Source: an uncultured Verrucomicrobiae bacterium (GTDB taxonomy: Bacteria; Verrucomicrobiota; Verrucomicrobiia; Chthoniobacterales; Terrimicrobiaceae). From it: 64,000 nt of DNA. The stretch spans positions 416,001-480,000 of the forward strand of contig CAVPOC010000008.1 of NCBI GenBank assembly GCA_963706955.1, read 5' to 3'. The notes beneath the pieces are model-generated. The model did not search any database, was not told the DNA's origin, and was given only the letters and a program-made list of their open reading frames with translations. Both the position numbers and the translations under genes were made by a program. This document shows positions 28,723 to 38,582 of the stretch, in pieces; position 1 is the first letter of the stretch, and each line of letters opens with the position of its first letter.

Positions 28723-29558
28723 TCAGCCGCTTCCTTAGCTTCATCCGTTTTTCGCATACGATCTTCGCACTACCTTTTGCGCTCGGTTCGATGTTTGTCG
28801 CGGCTCACGGGCTGCCCTCGTTTCGGGTATTTGCACTTGTCGTCATGGCGATGGTCTTCGCGCGCACAGCGGCGATGACCTTCAATCGTCTCGCAGACTG
28901 GGAAATCGACAAGCGCAACCCCCGCACCGCGGGCAGGCACAAACTGGTTTCGAAGCGTCTGGCAATCGGCGCTTGCCTTCTGTCGGCTTTGTCGTTTGTC
29001 GGCACCGCCTGGATGATCAATCCCCTCTGCTTTGCGCTCTCACCGGTCGCACTCCTGATCGTATTCTTCTACTCGCTGACCAAGCGTTTCACGCACGGCG
29101 CCCAGTTTTTTTTGGGCCTGGCACTCGGGGTGGCCCCGATTGGAGCCTGGATCGCGGTCACCGGCAGTTTCGCCATGCCGCCGCTCGTCCTGGGTGCCTC
29201 CGTCCTCTGCTGGGTAGCCGGGTTCGATATCATCTACGCGACGCAGGACCTCGACGTCGATCGACGTGAAAATTTACATTCCATGGTCGTGTGGCTCGGA
29301 GTTCCCCGGGCGCTCGCCATGGCGACGTTACTTCACGCGTTCGCGCTGGCCGGCTTTCTGTTCTTCGGGGCGATCGCCCGCCTCGGTCCCGTTTACTTTC
29401 TCGGACTGGGCTTGGTTGGCGCCGGACTGGTTTACGAACACCTTTTGGCGGTCAAGGGAACGGTCGCTGCAATTAACAAGGCCTTTTTTCAAGTCAACGC
29501 CGCGGTGAGCGCGATTTTCGTTTTGACTATCCTTGTCGACCAACTCGTTGCCAGGTGA
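28719..29558 (+). CDS. UbiA-family polyprenyltransferase (MqnP-like subtype)
   Basis: 'RFSHTIFALPFA', 'ARTAAMTFNRLAD..ID.RNPRT', 'YSLTKRFT', 'GFDIIYATQD'. Confidence 0.88.
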   Translation: MISRFLSFIRFSHTIFALPFALGSMFVAAHGLPSFRVFALVVMAMVFARTAAMTFNRLADWEIDKRNPRTAGRHKLVSKRLAIGACLLSALSFVGTAWMINPLCFALSPVALLIVFFYSLTKRFTHGAQFFLGLALGVAPIGAWIAVTGSFAMPPLVLGASVLCWVAGFDIIYATQDLDVDRRENLHSMVVWLGVPRALAMATLLHAFALAGFLFFGAIARLGPVYFLGLGLVGAGLVYEHLLAVKGTVAAINKAFFQVNAAVSAIFVLTILVDQLVAR

Positions 29559-29650
29559 AAGCCCGCCGGCGGCGAGCCATTGACGTCAAGCTCGCTGGCA
29601 CGTTCTCGCAGTTCAAGACGTGAGAGTCGATTCTGTCTTTGTGGGAGTAG

Positions 29651-30844
29651 ATGCCTGACATAGCAAAGCTCCAGGGTAATCTTACGCTCAGGCTGTCTAT
29701 CCTCCTGGCCATGGTACCGCTGACCGGAGCGACCATCGATATTTACGTGCCTTCTCTCCCGGCGATCGCCGAACACTTTGGAGTTCCGGCTCAGCTCGTT
29801 CAGTGGACTATTCCGAGCTACCTCATCGGCTACAGCCTGGCGCAACTCTTCTGCGGAGCTTTTTCCGATGCATGGGGACGGCGCGGCCTTTTGATCATCG
29901 GAGTAGTTCTCTATATAGGGGCGAGCTTACTGGCGGCATCCGCTTCCAGCATCAGCGTGCTCATTCTGATGCGGTTTGTGCAAGGCTTGGGCGTCGCAGC
30001 TCCGGGAGTGCTGGCACGAGCAATTGCCAGCGACAGCTTCGCTCTCGAGCGCTTGCCGCAGGTCACTAATTACATCACGCTGGCGTGGGCCTTGGGACCC
30101 ATTATCGCCCCATTGATCGGGGGTTATTTGCAACACGTTTTTGGGTGGAAGGCGGTCTTCTACTTTTTGACGGCTTATGGCGGCATTGTTCTCCTTCTTG
30201 TCTATTTTCTCTTGCCGGAGACGAACGCTCATCGCCATCAACTAAGGCCCGATAAGCTGTTGGATCACTACAAGGCCGTTTTGGCGAGTCCGTTGTTCCT
30301 GGGCTGCGCCTTCGTGCTTGCGATCATCTATGCGCAACTAATTCTCTTCAACGTGGTCGGGCCTTTTCTGATCCAGACGGTCTTAGGCGAGTCACCGATT
30401 GTTTTTGGACGTGTCGCGCTTAGCCTTGGAGTTGCCTGGTTCATTGGCAGCCTGGCGAATCGAATTCTCGCCGCGACCTTTCCGCAGCTTCCAGTGATGC
30501 AGATTGCTACTGCCGTGGCCTTCGTCGGCAGTACCACTATGGCCTGGCTTGCCGTTGCGAGTCCGCTCTCGCTATCCAACCTGGTTATTCCGACCGCAGT
30601 GGTCTTTATGAGCGGCTCTATTATTTTTACGCGATGTTTTGGTCTGAGCATCCGCCTTTTTCCCGATCAGGCCGGCACGGCCAGCGCTTTGGTCGGGACT
30701 TTGTTCATTGCCGGATCCGCGCTGGCGGGATTTGGAGCAAGCTTCCTCGAAGCGGCCACGGCAATCCCTCTCGCTTGTTCCTTCGTGGGACTCAGCGTCC
30801 TTGCCGCAATCGTGCAACGAACTTTCAAGATATCGGACGCTTGA
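29651..30844 (+). CDS. Bcr/CflA family MFS drug efflux transporter
   Basis: 'IDIYVPSLPAIA', 'GAFSDAWGRR', 'GPIIAPLIGG', 'LPET', 'AGTASAL'. Confidence 0.9.
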   Translation: MPDIAKLQGNLTLRLSILLAMVPLTGATIDIYVPSLPAIAEHFGVPAQLVQWTIPSYLIGYSLAQLFCGAFSDAWGRRGLLIIGVVLYIGASLLAASASSISVLILMRFVQGLGVAAPGVLARAIASDSFALERLPQVTNYITLAWALGPIIAPLIGGYLQHVFGWKAVFYFLTAYGGIVLLLVYFLLPETNAHRHQLRPDKLLDHYKAVLASPLFLGCAFVLAIIYAQLILFNVVGPFLIQTVLGESPIVFGRVALSLGVAWFIGSLANRILAATFPQLPVMQIATAVAFVGSTTMAWLAVASPLSLSNLVIPTAVVFMSGSIIFTRCFGLSIRLFPDQAGTASALVGTLFIAGSALAGFGASFLEAATAIPLACSFVGLSVLAAIVQRTFKISDA

Positions 30845-30920
30845 CACCAGCCCCCTTGCGACTCTTGGGCTCTAGAATTTCGTATACATCAGTAGAAGTC
30901 TCGCTTAGTGGCATATCGGA

Positions 30921-31304
30921 ATGCCCAGGAAGTTTATTAGCTCAGGCTCGACCTTCGAAGAACTGATCGGTTACTCGCGCGCCGTTGTCGACGGCAAGTG
31001 GATCTTCGTTTCTGGGACGACCGGCTTCGATTATAAGACAATGTCGATTTCGGACGATCTCCTCGAGCAAACTGAACAGTGTCTAAAAAACATCGAGGCG
31101 ACCTTGCATCAGGCGAACGCGACCCTCAAAGACGTGGTCCAAGTCTTGTACATCCTTCCGAATGCCTCGGAGTTCGAACACTGCTGGCCGGCGCTGCGAG
31201 GATGCTTCGGGGACGTCCGGCCTGCCGCCACCATGATTTCGGCGGACCTGGCCGACCCGAGAATCAAGATCGAGATTCAAGTCACGGCACGAAAGTCCGC
31301 CTAA
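30921..31304 (+). CDS. RidA/YjgF family protein
   Basis: 'IGYSRAV', 'VSGTTG', 'RPAATMI', 'KIEIQVTA'. Confidence 0.9.
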   Translation: MPRKFISSGSTFEELIGYSRAVVDGKWIFVSGTTGFDYKTMSISDDLLEQTEQCLKNIEATLHQANATLKDVVQVLYILPNASEFEHCWPALRGCFGDVRPAATMISADLADPRIKIEIQVTARKSA

Positions 31305-31429
31305 GCCATCCAGGCAGACAGCAGCGACCTCGGTAGTCAAAGCAGGCCAGCGTGGTCAACTCCCGATTATTGTCTTTGTTGCGCCTGCAAATCCTCGGCA
31401 AATTCGTTCACTGCCGGCAGAGTGCACGC

Positions 31430-32089
31430 ATGTGGCACGAGTTCCTTTACGCTGTCGGAATTTCCATCGCGGCAATGTTTCCGATCGTTAACCCCGTCGG
31501 ACATGCGCCGATGTTCTTTGCAATGACGGCGGACGAGTCGTCCGGATTTCGCCGGGCCCAAGCTTTCAAGATCTCCCTCTGGGTGACCGCAATTCTGGCG
31601 ACCTCTCTCCTGCTCGGCCGTTGGGTGCTCGAGTTTTTTGGCATCACACTGGATGACCTGCGCATCGCGGGAGGATTGCTCGTCGCCCACACCGCCTGGG
31701 GCATGCTCAACAACCAAAGCCGTATGACCAACGACGAGCATGCGGCGGCGGCGGATAAGACAGACATCGCACTGACTCCCATGGCGACTCCGATTCTCGC
31801 TGGACCTGGTTCAATGAGTCTAGCCATCGGCATGTCGACCTATGGAAGTAGTTGGATGAACTATAGCGGATACTTGTTAGGCTTCACCGTCATCGGATTA
31901 ATCACCTGGGCAAGCTTTCTTTCCGCTGAGCGGCTGGTTCGCTTCCTGGGCGTCAATGGGGCTGGAGCTCTCAACCGCATCCTCGGCCTGTTCATTCTCG
32001 CGATCGCGGTTAATCTCGTGCTAACCGGAATACGGAACATTCTCTCCGTGCGGGCCACTGCGCCTGCACTCGTCACCCTGCTTGGCTAG
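31430..32089 (+). CDS. MarC family membrane protein
   Basis: 'IVNPVG', 'FFGITLDDLRIAGGLL', 'PMATPILAGPG', 'RILGLFILAIAV'; start ATG 31430. Confidence 0.9.
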   Translation: MWHEFLYAVGISIAAMFPIVNPVGHAPMFFAMTADESSGFRRAQAFKISLWVTAILATSLLLGRWVLEFFGITLDDLRIAGGLLVAHTAWGMLNNQSRMTNDEHAAAADKTDIALTPMATPILAGPGSMSLAIGMSTYGSSWMNYSGYLLGFTVIGLITWASFLSAERLVRFLGVNGAGALNRILGLFILAIAVNLVLTGIRNILSVRATAPALVTLLG

Positions 32090-32224
32090 ATCTGCCCGGT
32101 AGCCCGAAGCCAGGTGCGAAAAAACTTATTGATGTAACGACTGTGTCCCCACGGTCGAGGGTCGTCCCCGGTGGGGATGCCGCCGTTACAACTCCGAACG
32201 GTAAGCTGTTGACGGGGGCCGCCC

Positions 32225-33451
32225 TCAGCTCTTGTCTTCCGGTTTCTCATCGACAATCGGCTCAATTCCACCTTGGAGTGCCTCGATGCGATTGGAAACT
32301 TCGGCAACCTCATTCAGAGTCGTGTGGATGGTGAAGTCGATGCTAGCTTTAAATGTTCCTCCTGAAGGTAGCTTCGGAACGCGGCCGAATTTGCGTTCGA
32401 TGCGGCGATTGTTCGGGAATCCTGTCCCCGGTTCCAGCCCCGTGACATAACCTTCTTTCAGCGCGTTGGTATTTTTCCAAAGGCTGACAAAGGGGAGTTC
32501 GCTCGTCGCAAAATTCATGGAGACCGCTTTGTCACGAGCCTTGTTGCGCAGCATGATCGTAGCCCGTCCCGCGCGGTCCGGCTTCGGCCGAAGGCAATAG
32601 ACCTGCTCGATGAATCCCAACCGTGGACCGTGATATTCCGCATACGAGGCAACATCTTGGGCGGCATGCTCGTTGAACGGGGTGACCCGCTCGACAGCCC
32701 CCGCGAAGGTCGATCCGTCTTCAAGCAGAGGTGGACCGAAATTGGGATGATAAATAATCTGAAATTCCTGCTCGTCCTCACTGTCGTTGACGATGAGGTC
32801 AGCGAGCTGGAGGGTGTTGGAACCAGGAGTGGTGGAAATTTCCGATTGGAGCACAAGTTTAGGACCATAGAACATTCGCTCCTCCACCCTTCCGCGCACT
32901 CTGAGCCGATGGGGCGGCTCAGGATCGATGACCACCTCGACTTCGCTCGCGGGGATGTTGGCGATCTTACCGTGAAGAGTCAGCTCCATGGTCGCCTCAG
33001 CGCCGACATTGTTGATGAACCGGTCGACACCGGGATGGCCGGCGCTCTCCAGACCGCAACGCACCATCCATTCGTTAAACCCCTCCAGCCAACCAAGACC
33101 GCCGCGGCTTTGCAAATTGATCAGCTTCGGATGCACGACTTCCTTAACCGGCGAGCTCCATCCGAGAAAGACGTCGCCCATGGTCGCCGACAACACACCC
33201 ATGCCGCGGGTCGGACAAACTGTGAACCTCAACTTGCCATTGTCCACGAGAATGACATCGACCCCTTCCTGTCTCCCTCCGTGAAGGGTCATTTTTCGGA
33301 TCGAGCAGCCTTGCGCGCCAGCAATGACCTCACCGGCCGTTAGTTCCCATTCATCGACATGCAGGTTATCCGTAACACTCGTCAGTGTTTTTCGATAGGA
33401 TTGCCCGGCGCGGTCGCCGTCCGAATCCACCTTCGTTGGATTTTTCTTCAT
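32225..33451 (-). CDS. Aldose 1-epimerase-like protein (DUF4432 type)
   Basis: 'LHGGRQEGVD', 'PTRGMG', 'GWLEGFNE', 'LHGKIAN', 'YHPNFG', 'GLEPGT'; start ATG 33451. Confidence 0.85.
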   Translation of the reverse strand: MKKNPTKVDSDGDRAGQSYRKTLTSVTDNLHVDEWELTAGEVIAGAQGCSIRKMTLHGGRQEGVDVILVDNGKLRFTVCPTRGMGVLSATMGDVFLGWSSPVKEVVHPKLINLQSRGGLGWLEGFNEWMVRCGLESAGHPGVDRFINNVGAEATMELTLHGKIANIPASEVEVVIDPEPPHRLRVRGRVEERMFYGPKLVLQSEISTTPGSNTLQLADLIVNDSEDEQEFQIIYHPNFGPPLLEDGSTFAGAVERVTPFNEHAAQDVASYAEYHGPRLGFIEQVYCLRPKPDRAGRATIMLRNKARDKAVSMNFATSELPFVSLWKNTNALKEGYVTGLEPGTGFPNNRRIERKFGRVPKLPSGGTFKASIDFTIHTTLNEVAEVSNRIEALQGGIEPIVDEKPEDKS

Positions 33452-33513
33452 ACGAACATCTCTGCGAATCGCCGGTCTCTTGGGATCCGGCAACTCGCTA
33501 CTGGGAAAACTCG

Positions 33514-34419
33514 CTACTGGGGATAGACCGTGCCGTCTGGAGCCACTGCGTACTTGGGCGTCGCTCCGTCGCTGGAGGCAACGAATTCTCCCAACCGGCA
33601 CGCGCGCGTCAAAATCGCTTCCGGACTCCGTTTGGTGGCGCCAACCAAGCCCGAAATCAACGCCGCCAGGAAAGAGTCTCCGGCTCCGACGGTATCCCTG
33701 ACGACGACCGAGCGCCCGTCAACCCAGTACCACTGGCCCGCATCGAGCAATCCGGCCCCACGTGCCCCGGCGGTGACGCAGAGCCGCTCAGAGTGCACCT
33801 GCGCGGCATACTCGCGGGCCGCTTTCTCCAGCGAAAGTGTCGGATATAAACCATGCGTGACGACTCCGAGTTCCTCGTCGTTGAGTTTGATCAAATCGGA
33901 CTTGCTAGCCAGATACTGAATCGTCTCGGCATTGTCGAAAGGTGGCCGCAGATTTACATCATAGATTTTCAATCCGCCGGACATCTTTTCCAGGGTCGCG
34001 TCCAGGCGCTTGCGATTCTGTTGGGAGCGCTGCGCTAGCGTTCCAAACAAGAGCGAGGCACCGCGCTCCGCCATTTGAAAAACCTCATCCTGTGGCTCAA
34101 TCCAATCCCAGGCCACATCCTCAACGATTTCGTATTTCGCGCTGCCATCGGGCTGAATGTGCCCACGCACGACACCGGTCTGCTTATCGGGGAGCACCGT
34201 GACAAAGCGAGAATCAAGCCCCCATTGCTCCAGCCGGCGGATCAGTTCCTGACCTAGGAAATCTGACCCGACGGCGGTAACCGGGTAGGCGGTGATGCCG
34301 AGTTTTTGGAGATGATAAGCGACGTTGATAGGTGCTCCGCCCGGGAAAAGCCCACGCGGTAGGCAGTCCCAGAGAACTTCACCAAAGCAGAGGACGGGCG
34401 GAACGGCTGGCTCAGCCAT
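33514..34419 (-). CDS. PfkB-family carbohydrate kinase (fructokinase-like)
   Basis: 'FGEVLWD', 'GGAPINVA', 'DVNLRPP', 'DTVGAGDSF'. Confidence 0.92.
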   Translation of the reverse strand: MAEPAVPPVLCFGEVLWDCLPRGLFPGGAPINVAYHLQKLGITAYPVTAVGSDFLGQELIRRLEQWGLDSRFVTVLPDKQTGVVRGHIQPDGSAKYEIVEDVAWDWIEPQDEVFQMAERGASLLFGTLAQRSQQNRKRLDATLEKMSGGLKIYDVNLRPPFDNAETIQYLASKSDLIKLNDEELGVVTHGLYPTLSLEKAAREYAAQVHSERLCVTAGARGAGLLDAGQWYWVDGRSVVVRDTVGAGDSFLAALISGLVGATKRSPEAILTRACRLGEFVASSDGATPKYAVAPDGTVYPQ

Positions 34420-34659
34420 AGACCCGGCACCATAAGCAATCCGACAAGATTCTGTAAACAGATTTGATCGAGCGAGGGATCGGCGTCTCGGTTCGAAACC
34501 CGAGTCTTACCTGCTGGATTGTCTCGGTAGTTCTGGAAACCTCAACCTCGGAACTTGCGCCGATACGATCGTCGCGCGCTACGGGAATGCGGCTTGACAG
34601 TTGTCACCTCTCCCATGATCAACCGACCGGATGATCGCACTTACTTTGACCGATCGCAC

Positions 34660-35547
34660 ATGAACCGGCTCATCGGCATTGATATCGGAGGCACACAAAT
34701 CAAAGTGGGGGCGTTTTCTCCCGAGGGGAACATGCTCGGGCAATGGACCCGGGAGACAGGCGATCGGCCGACAACCGGCGCGCCTGCATTCGCGGAAACG
34801 GTGCGCCAGATGGTGGAGGAAGCGAACGGCACCCACGCAACCATCGGCATCGCAGCACCCGGCGTGGCCGCGAAGGATGGACACTCAATCGCCTACCAGC
34901 CCGGCAAAATGCATGGAATCGAAGGCTATGATTGGGGAGCATTCCTCCAACGCGAAGTGCCGGTGCTCAATGACGCCCATGCGGCCTTGCTCGGGGAGGT
35001 ATGGCAAGGTGCGGCGCAGGGCGCCAGAGATGCTATCCTGCTAACTCTGGGCACCGGTGTCGGCGGCGCAATTTTGAGCGATGGTAAGTTGCTGAAGGGA
35101 ACGTTCGGTCGCGCCGGACATCTCGGGCATACTTCCGTGACCGAAAGCTCTGAACGAAGCATTTTTGGCACGCCTGGATCGCTCGAGGCTGCGATCGGCA
35201 ACTACACCGTGCCGGTTCGCAGTAACGGACGTTTTTCATCAACTCGAGAAATGATCGAAGCGCATTGCGCCGGAGATTCTGAGGCGACGCTAGTCTGGAT
35301 AAAGTCGGTTCGTGTCCTTGCCCGGGCAATCACCTCGTTCATTAACATCCTTGACCCCGAAATCATAATCCTCGGAGGCGGGATTATCCGCGCAGGAGCT
35401 TATTTATTCGATCCGCTCGATGAATTCCTGGGCGAGTTCGAGTGGCGCCCGGCGGGACATCGCGTCAGAATTGTGCCGGCGCAGCTTGGAGAATGGGCGG
35501 GCGCCTACGGCGCGGCCTGGAACGCGCGCCAACTTGCTAGGCCTTGA
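34660..35547 (+). CDS. ROK family sugar kinase
   Basis: 'IGIDIGGT', 'NDAHAALLGE', 'LTLGTGVGG', 'GHLGH'; no N-terminal HTH; start ATG 34660. Confidence 0.9.
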   Translation: MNRLIGIDIGGTQIKVGAFSPEGNMLGQWTRETGDRPTTGAPAFAETVRQMVEEANGTHATIGIAAPGVAAKDGHSIAYQPGKMHGIEGYDWGAFLQREVPVLNDAHAALLGEVWQGAAQGARDAILLTLGTGVGGAILSDGKLLKGTFGRAGHLGHTSVTESSERSIFGTPGSLEAAIGNYTVPVRSNGRFSSTREMIEAHCAGDSEATLVWIKSVRVLARAITSFINILDPEIIILGGGIIRAGAYLFDPLDEFLGEFEWRPAGHRVRIVPAQLGEWAGAYGAAWNARQLARP

Positions 35548-35943
35548 CGAAAGGGTTGACAACCTGGCCTGCCAGGGTTTGGCGGTCATGGTCATTCCGA
35601 GGTGCCCGAGGTCATCAATCTTTCCACCCGCAAACTGGGTGCATGCGTGATGGCAGTCTCGCCGGAGAATTATCGCGCCAGGAAGCGTTCCGGAATCGGT
35701 GCTTCGCGATGACTGGCGTCCCCACCGCCAAGGCTGCTTAGCGAATCAACATCGCGCTCGTGCGGACAGCTCGCCCGAAAGCTGCCGGCGTTTACAAAAT
35801 GCGCTTCAAGACCGAAACTCTCTCGTGCATACTGGAGTTTCTGGAATGCATCTTTCCCCGAAGGAAAAGCTCTGCGCCGCAACGTAGCGGCCTTACGCAG
35901 AGCTAGTTCTTCGCTGAAATCACCAAGCGGCATCAAACAAATC

Positions 35944-37554
35944 ATGAAAACCATTCATCTCATTGCAAACGGCGACCTGAGGATCGAAGCAAACCGCACC
36001 TGCGAAGCTGCCCAGGCGGAAATGGAAAAGCAACTTGTCGCAGCGGTCGAAAAGCAGGGAGCCGCGGTTAAACGTGCTCATCCTTTCGATCCCGAAAAGA
36101 AGCACGGATTCATTGACAGCCAGAAATACGGAATGGAGGTCTTCAGGAAAATACCTATCGATGAACCGTTGATTGTCGCGGAGTCGGTTTGGCAATACAG
36201 CCACCATATTCTGCAGGGCCTTCTCACACACCGAGGACCTATCCTTACGGTCGCGAATTGGAGCGGCACATGGCCGGGTCTGGTCGGTTTGCTCAATCTC
36301 AATGGTTCGCTCAGCAAAGCGGGCATCAAATTCAGCTCGCTCTGGAGCGAGAACTTCGAGGACGACTATTTCCACCGCGGCCTCGGCAGCTGGCTGAAAA
36401 CAGGCAAGACCAAGCATGACGCCTCCCATGTGCGACCCCTCGCCGGCGCCAAAATTCCGGCGGCCAGCCAGAAAGTGGGCAGCAGGGTGGCCAAATCTCT
36501 CAGACAAGAGAAAGCGATCATGGGTGTGTTCGACGAAGGCTGCATGGGAATGTACAACGCCATCGTTCCCGATGAGCTCTTGAATCAAACTGGGATTTTC
36601 AAGGAACGGCTCAGCCAGTCTTCACTCTACGCAAAGATGCTCACCGTCACCGATGAGGAAGCACGCGCGGTTTACGATTGGTATCGGCGCAAGGAACTCA
36701 AGTTTCACCTCGGCGAAAACGAGGAAACCGACCTGACCGAGTCACAAATCCTGCAACAATGTAAAATGTATGTCGCGGCCGTCCGCATCGCGGACGAGTT
36801 TGGCTGCGCCACCATCGGCATCCAATACCAGCAAGGACTTAAGGACCTCTGCCCCGCCTCGGATCTCGTCGAAGGCACCCTGAACAACGAGGACCGGCCG
36901 CCCGTCTTTCGCGAAGGCACACGCGAAGAACTCTACAAAGGTCGAGCCCTTCCCCACTTCAATGAAGTCGATGAATGCGCGGGCATCGACGGTCTGATCA
37001 CTGATCGGGTCTGGAGAGAACTAGGCCTGCCGCCTGAAAATACCCTCCATGATCTGCGCTGGGGCCGACAGTTTACCGGCAAGGTTGACGGAAAAAAGGT
37101 CGACGCCTACGTCTGGGTCTTCCTCATCTCCGGGGCAGCGCCGCCAAAGCACTTCATGGGCGGCTGGAAGGGCGCCGAGAGCATGCGCCAGCCTCCCATG
37201 TATTGGCGCCTCGGCGGCGGAACGCTCCGCGGTGTCAGCAAGCCCGGCTGGATCGTCTGGAGCCGGGTAGACGTTTCCAAAGGCCGCCTGAACTTTGACA
37301 CCGGTCTCGCCGAGGTCGTAAAGCTTCCTCCGGAAGAAACTGAAGAGCGCTGGAAGTTGACCACTCCCCAGTGGCCGATCATGCACGCCGTCCTCCAGGG
37401 AATCAATCGCGATCAAATGATGGGTCGGCACAAGGCAAACCACATTCAAGTGGCATACGCGACCGACAAAGCGACCGCGCGACGCGCCCTATTCGCCAAA
37501 GCTGCGGCGATGAATGAGCTCGGAATAAACGTCTCTCTTTGCGGGGAGATTTGA
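35944..37554 (+). CDS. L-fucose/L-arabinose isomerase-family protein
   Basis: 536 aa; 'NWSGTWPGLVG', 'GIQYQQGL', 'HFNEVDEC', 'LHDLRWG', 'HKANHI'. Confidence 0.75.
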   Translation: MKTIHLIANGDLRIEANRTCEAAQAEMEKQLVAAVEKQGAAVKRAHPFDPEKKHGFIDSQKYGMEVFRKIPIDEPLIVAESVWQYSHHILQGLLTHRGPILTVANWSGTWPGLVGLLNLNGSLSKAGIKFSSLWSENFEDDYFHRGLGSWLKTGKTKHDASHVRPLAGAKIPAASQKVGSRVAKSLRQEKAIMGVFDEGCMGMYNAIVPDELLNQTGIFKERLSQSSLYAKMLTVTDEEARAVYDWYRRKELKFHLGENEETDLTESQILQQCKMYVAAVRIADEFGCATIGIQYQQGLKDLCPASDLVEGTLNNEDRPPVFREGTREELYKGRALPHFNEVDECAGIDGLITDRVWRELGLPPENTLHDLRWGRQFTGKVDGKKVDAYVWVFLISGAAPPKHFMGGWKGAESMRQPPMYWRLGGGTLRGVSKPGWIVWSRVDVSKGRLNFDTGLAEVVKLPPEETEERWKLTTPQWPIMHAVLQGINRDQMMGRHKANHIQVAYATDKATARRALFAKAAAMNELGINVSLCGEI

Positions 37555-37556
37555 TC

Positions 37557-38318
37557 ATGGCCGATCAGACCGAAATTCTTCAGGTCCTCGTTGCGCTTTC
37601 GCGCGAGCTCGGGGCCGAGCACCGCGGGTTGGCCATCCTTGGCGAAGGAAACGTGTCAGCAAAACTCAACGATGACACTTTCCTTGTCAAAGCCAGTGGA
37701 AGCAGCTTGGGAACCTTGAGCGATGCGGACGTTACCGAGTGCCGATCGATGCCACTTCTCAACATGCTCGATCGTAATGATCTGGAGGACAAAGAAGTCG
37801 ACGATGAACTGCTCGCATCACGTGTCAATCCCGCCGCCAAGAAGCCGTCAGTCGAAGCTCTTTTTCATGCGTATCTTCTCAGCCTGCCAGACATCAACTT
37901 CGTCGGACATACTCACGCCATCTATATCAACCAGATCCTCTGCTCACCGCGCGCACACGATTTTGCCGCGATGAAACTTTTCCCCGACGATATCGTCTGC
38001 TGCGGACCGTCGTCCGTCTTTGTCCCCTATACGGATCCAGGGCTGAAACTCTCTCAGGTCATCCGAAAGGAGACGACGCGTTACGTAGAGGAGATGGGTT
38101 TCGCGCCGCGCGTAATTCTGCTCGAAAACCATGGCATTATCACCCTCGGACGATCACCGGATGCGGTAAAAGCCGCCATGTTTATGGCGGAGAAAGCGGC
38201 CAAAATCTTCGTGGGAGCGACGGCTCTTGGGGGTCCGCGGTTCCTTTCGCAAGAAAATATCAGTCGCATCCTCGGACGTCCGGACGAGCACTATCGACGA
38301 AGAATGCTGAAGCTCTGA
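37557..38318 (+). CDS. Class II aldolase/adducin family protein
   Basis: 'GEGNVS', 'KASG', 'PSVEALFH', 'HTH', 'LENHG'. Confidence 0.88.
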   Translation: MADQTEILQVLVALSRELGAEHRGLAILGEGNVSAKLNDDTFLVKASGSSLGTLSDADVTECRSMPLLNMLDRNDLEDKEVDDELLASRVNPAAKKPSVEALFHAYLLSLPDINFVGHTHAIYINQILCSPRAHDFAAMKLFPDDIVCCGPSSVFVPYTDPGLKLSQVIRKETTRYVEEMGFAPRVILLENHGIITLGRSPDAVKAAMFMAEKAAKIFVGATALGGPRFLSQENISRILGRPDEHYRRRMLKL

Positions 38319-38582
38319 CGTGCGCGAGTGACTGCGGGCGCCGAAACAGGCGAGTGCGCGCTCAAACACGCCCAATTGAGATTTTCTTATAGCATCCGCA
38401 AATCTTGCCTTTGCGAAACCCTGACTTATGGTGGCATCGGCAAGCCCAGTAAGAGGTGTCTGAGAATAATTGCGAGCAAGGATGAGATCCCGCACAGTTC
38501 GAAAGCAAGGGACTGAATTCGGGTCCGTCTGGCGCGCCGGCACGACCTTACGGGTAGCCAGCTGGCTCCTCCTTCCGGCCAA

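Noticed and set aside
35548..35943. Small ORFs or ncRNA in the 400-bp gap before the isomerase
   Set aside because: Only an isolated hairpin (AGCTCTGCG/CGCAGAGCT) and motif-free short ORFs were seen
38430..38575. Possible cyclic-dinucleotide riboswitch upstream of the sensor kinase
   Set aside because: Has a GAAA hairpin but lacks the conserved GCAAA motifs of c-di-GMP-I; not supportable by eye
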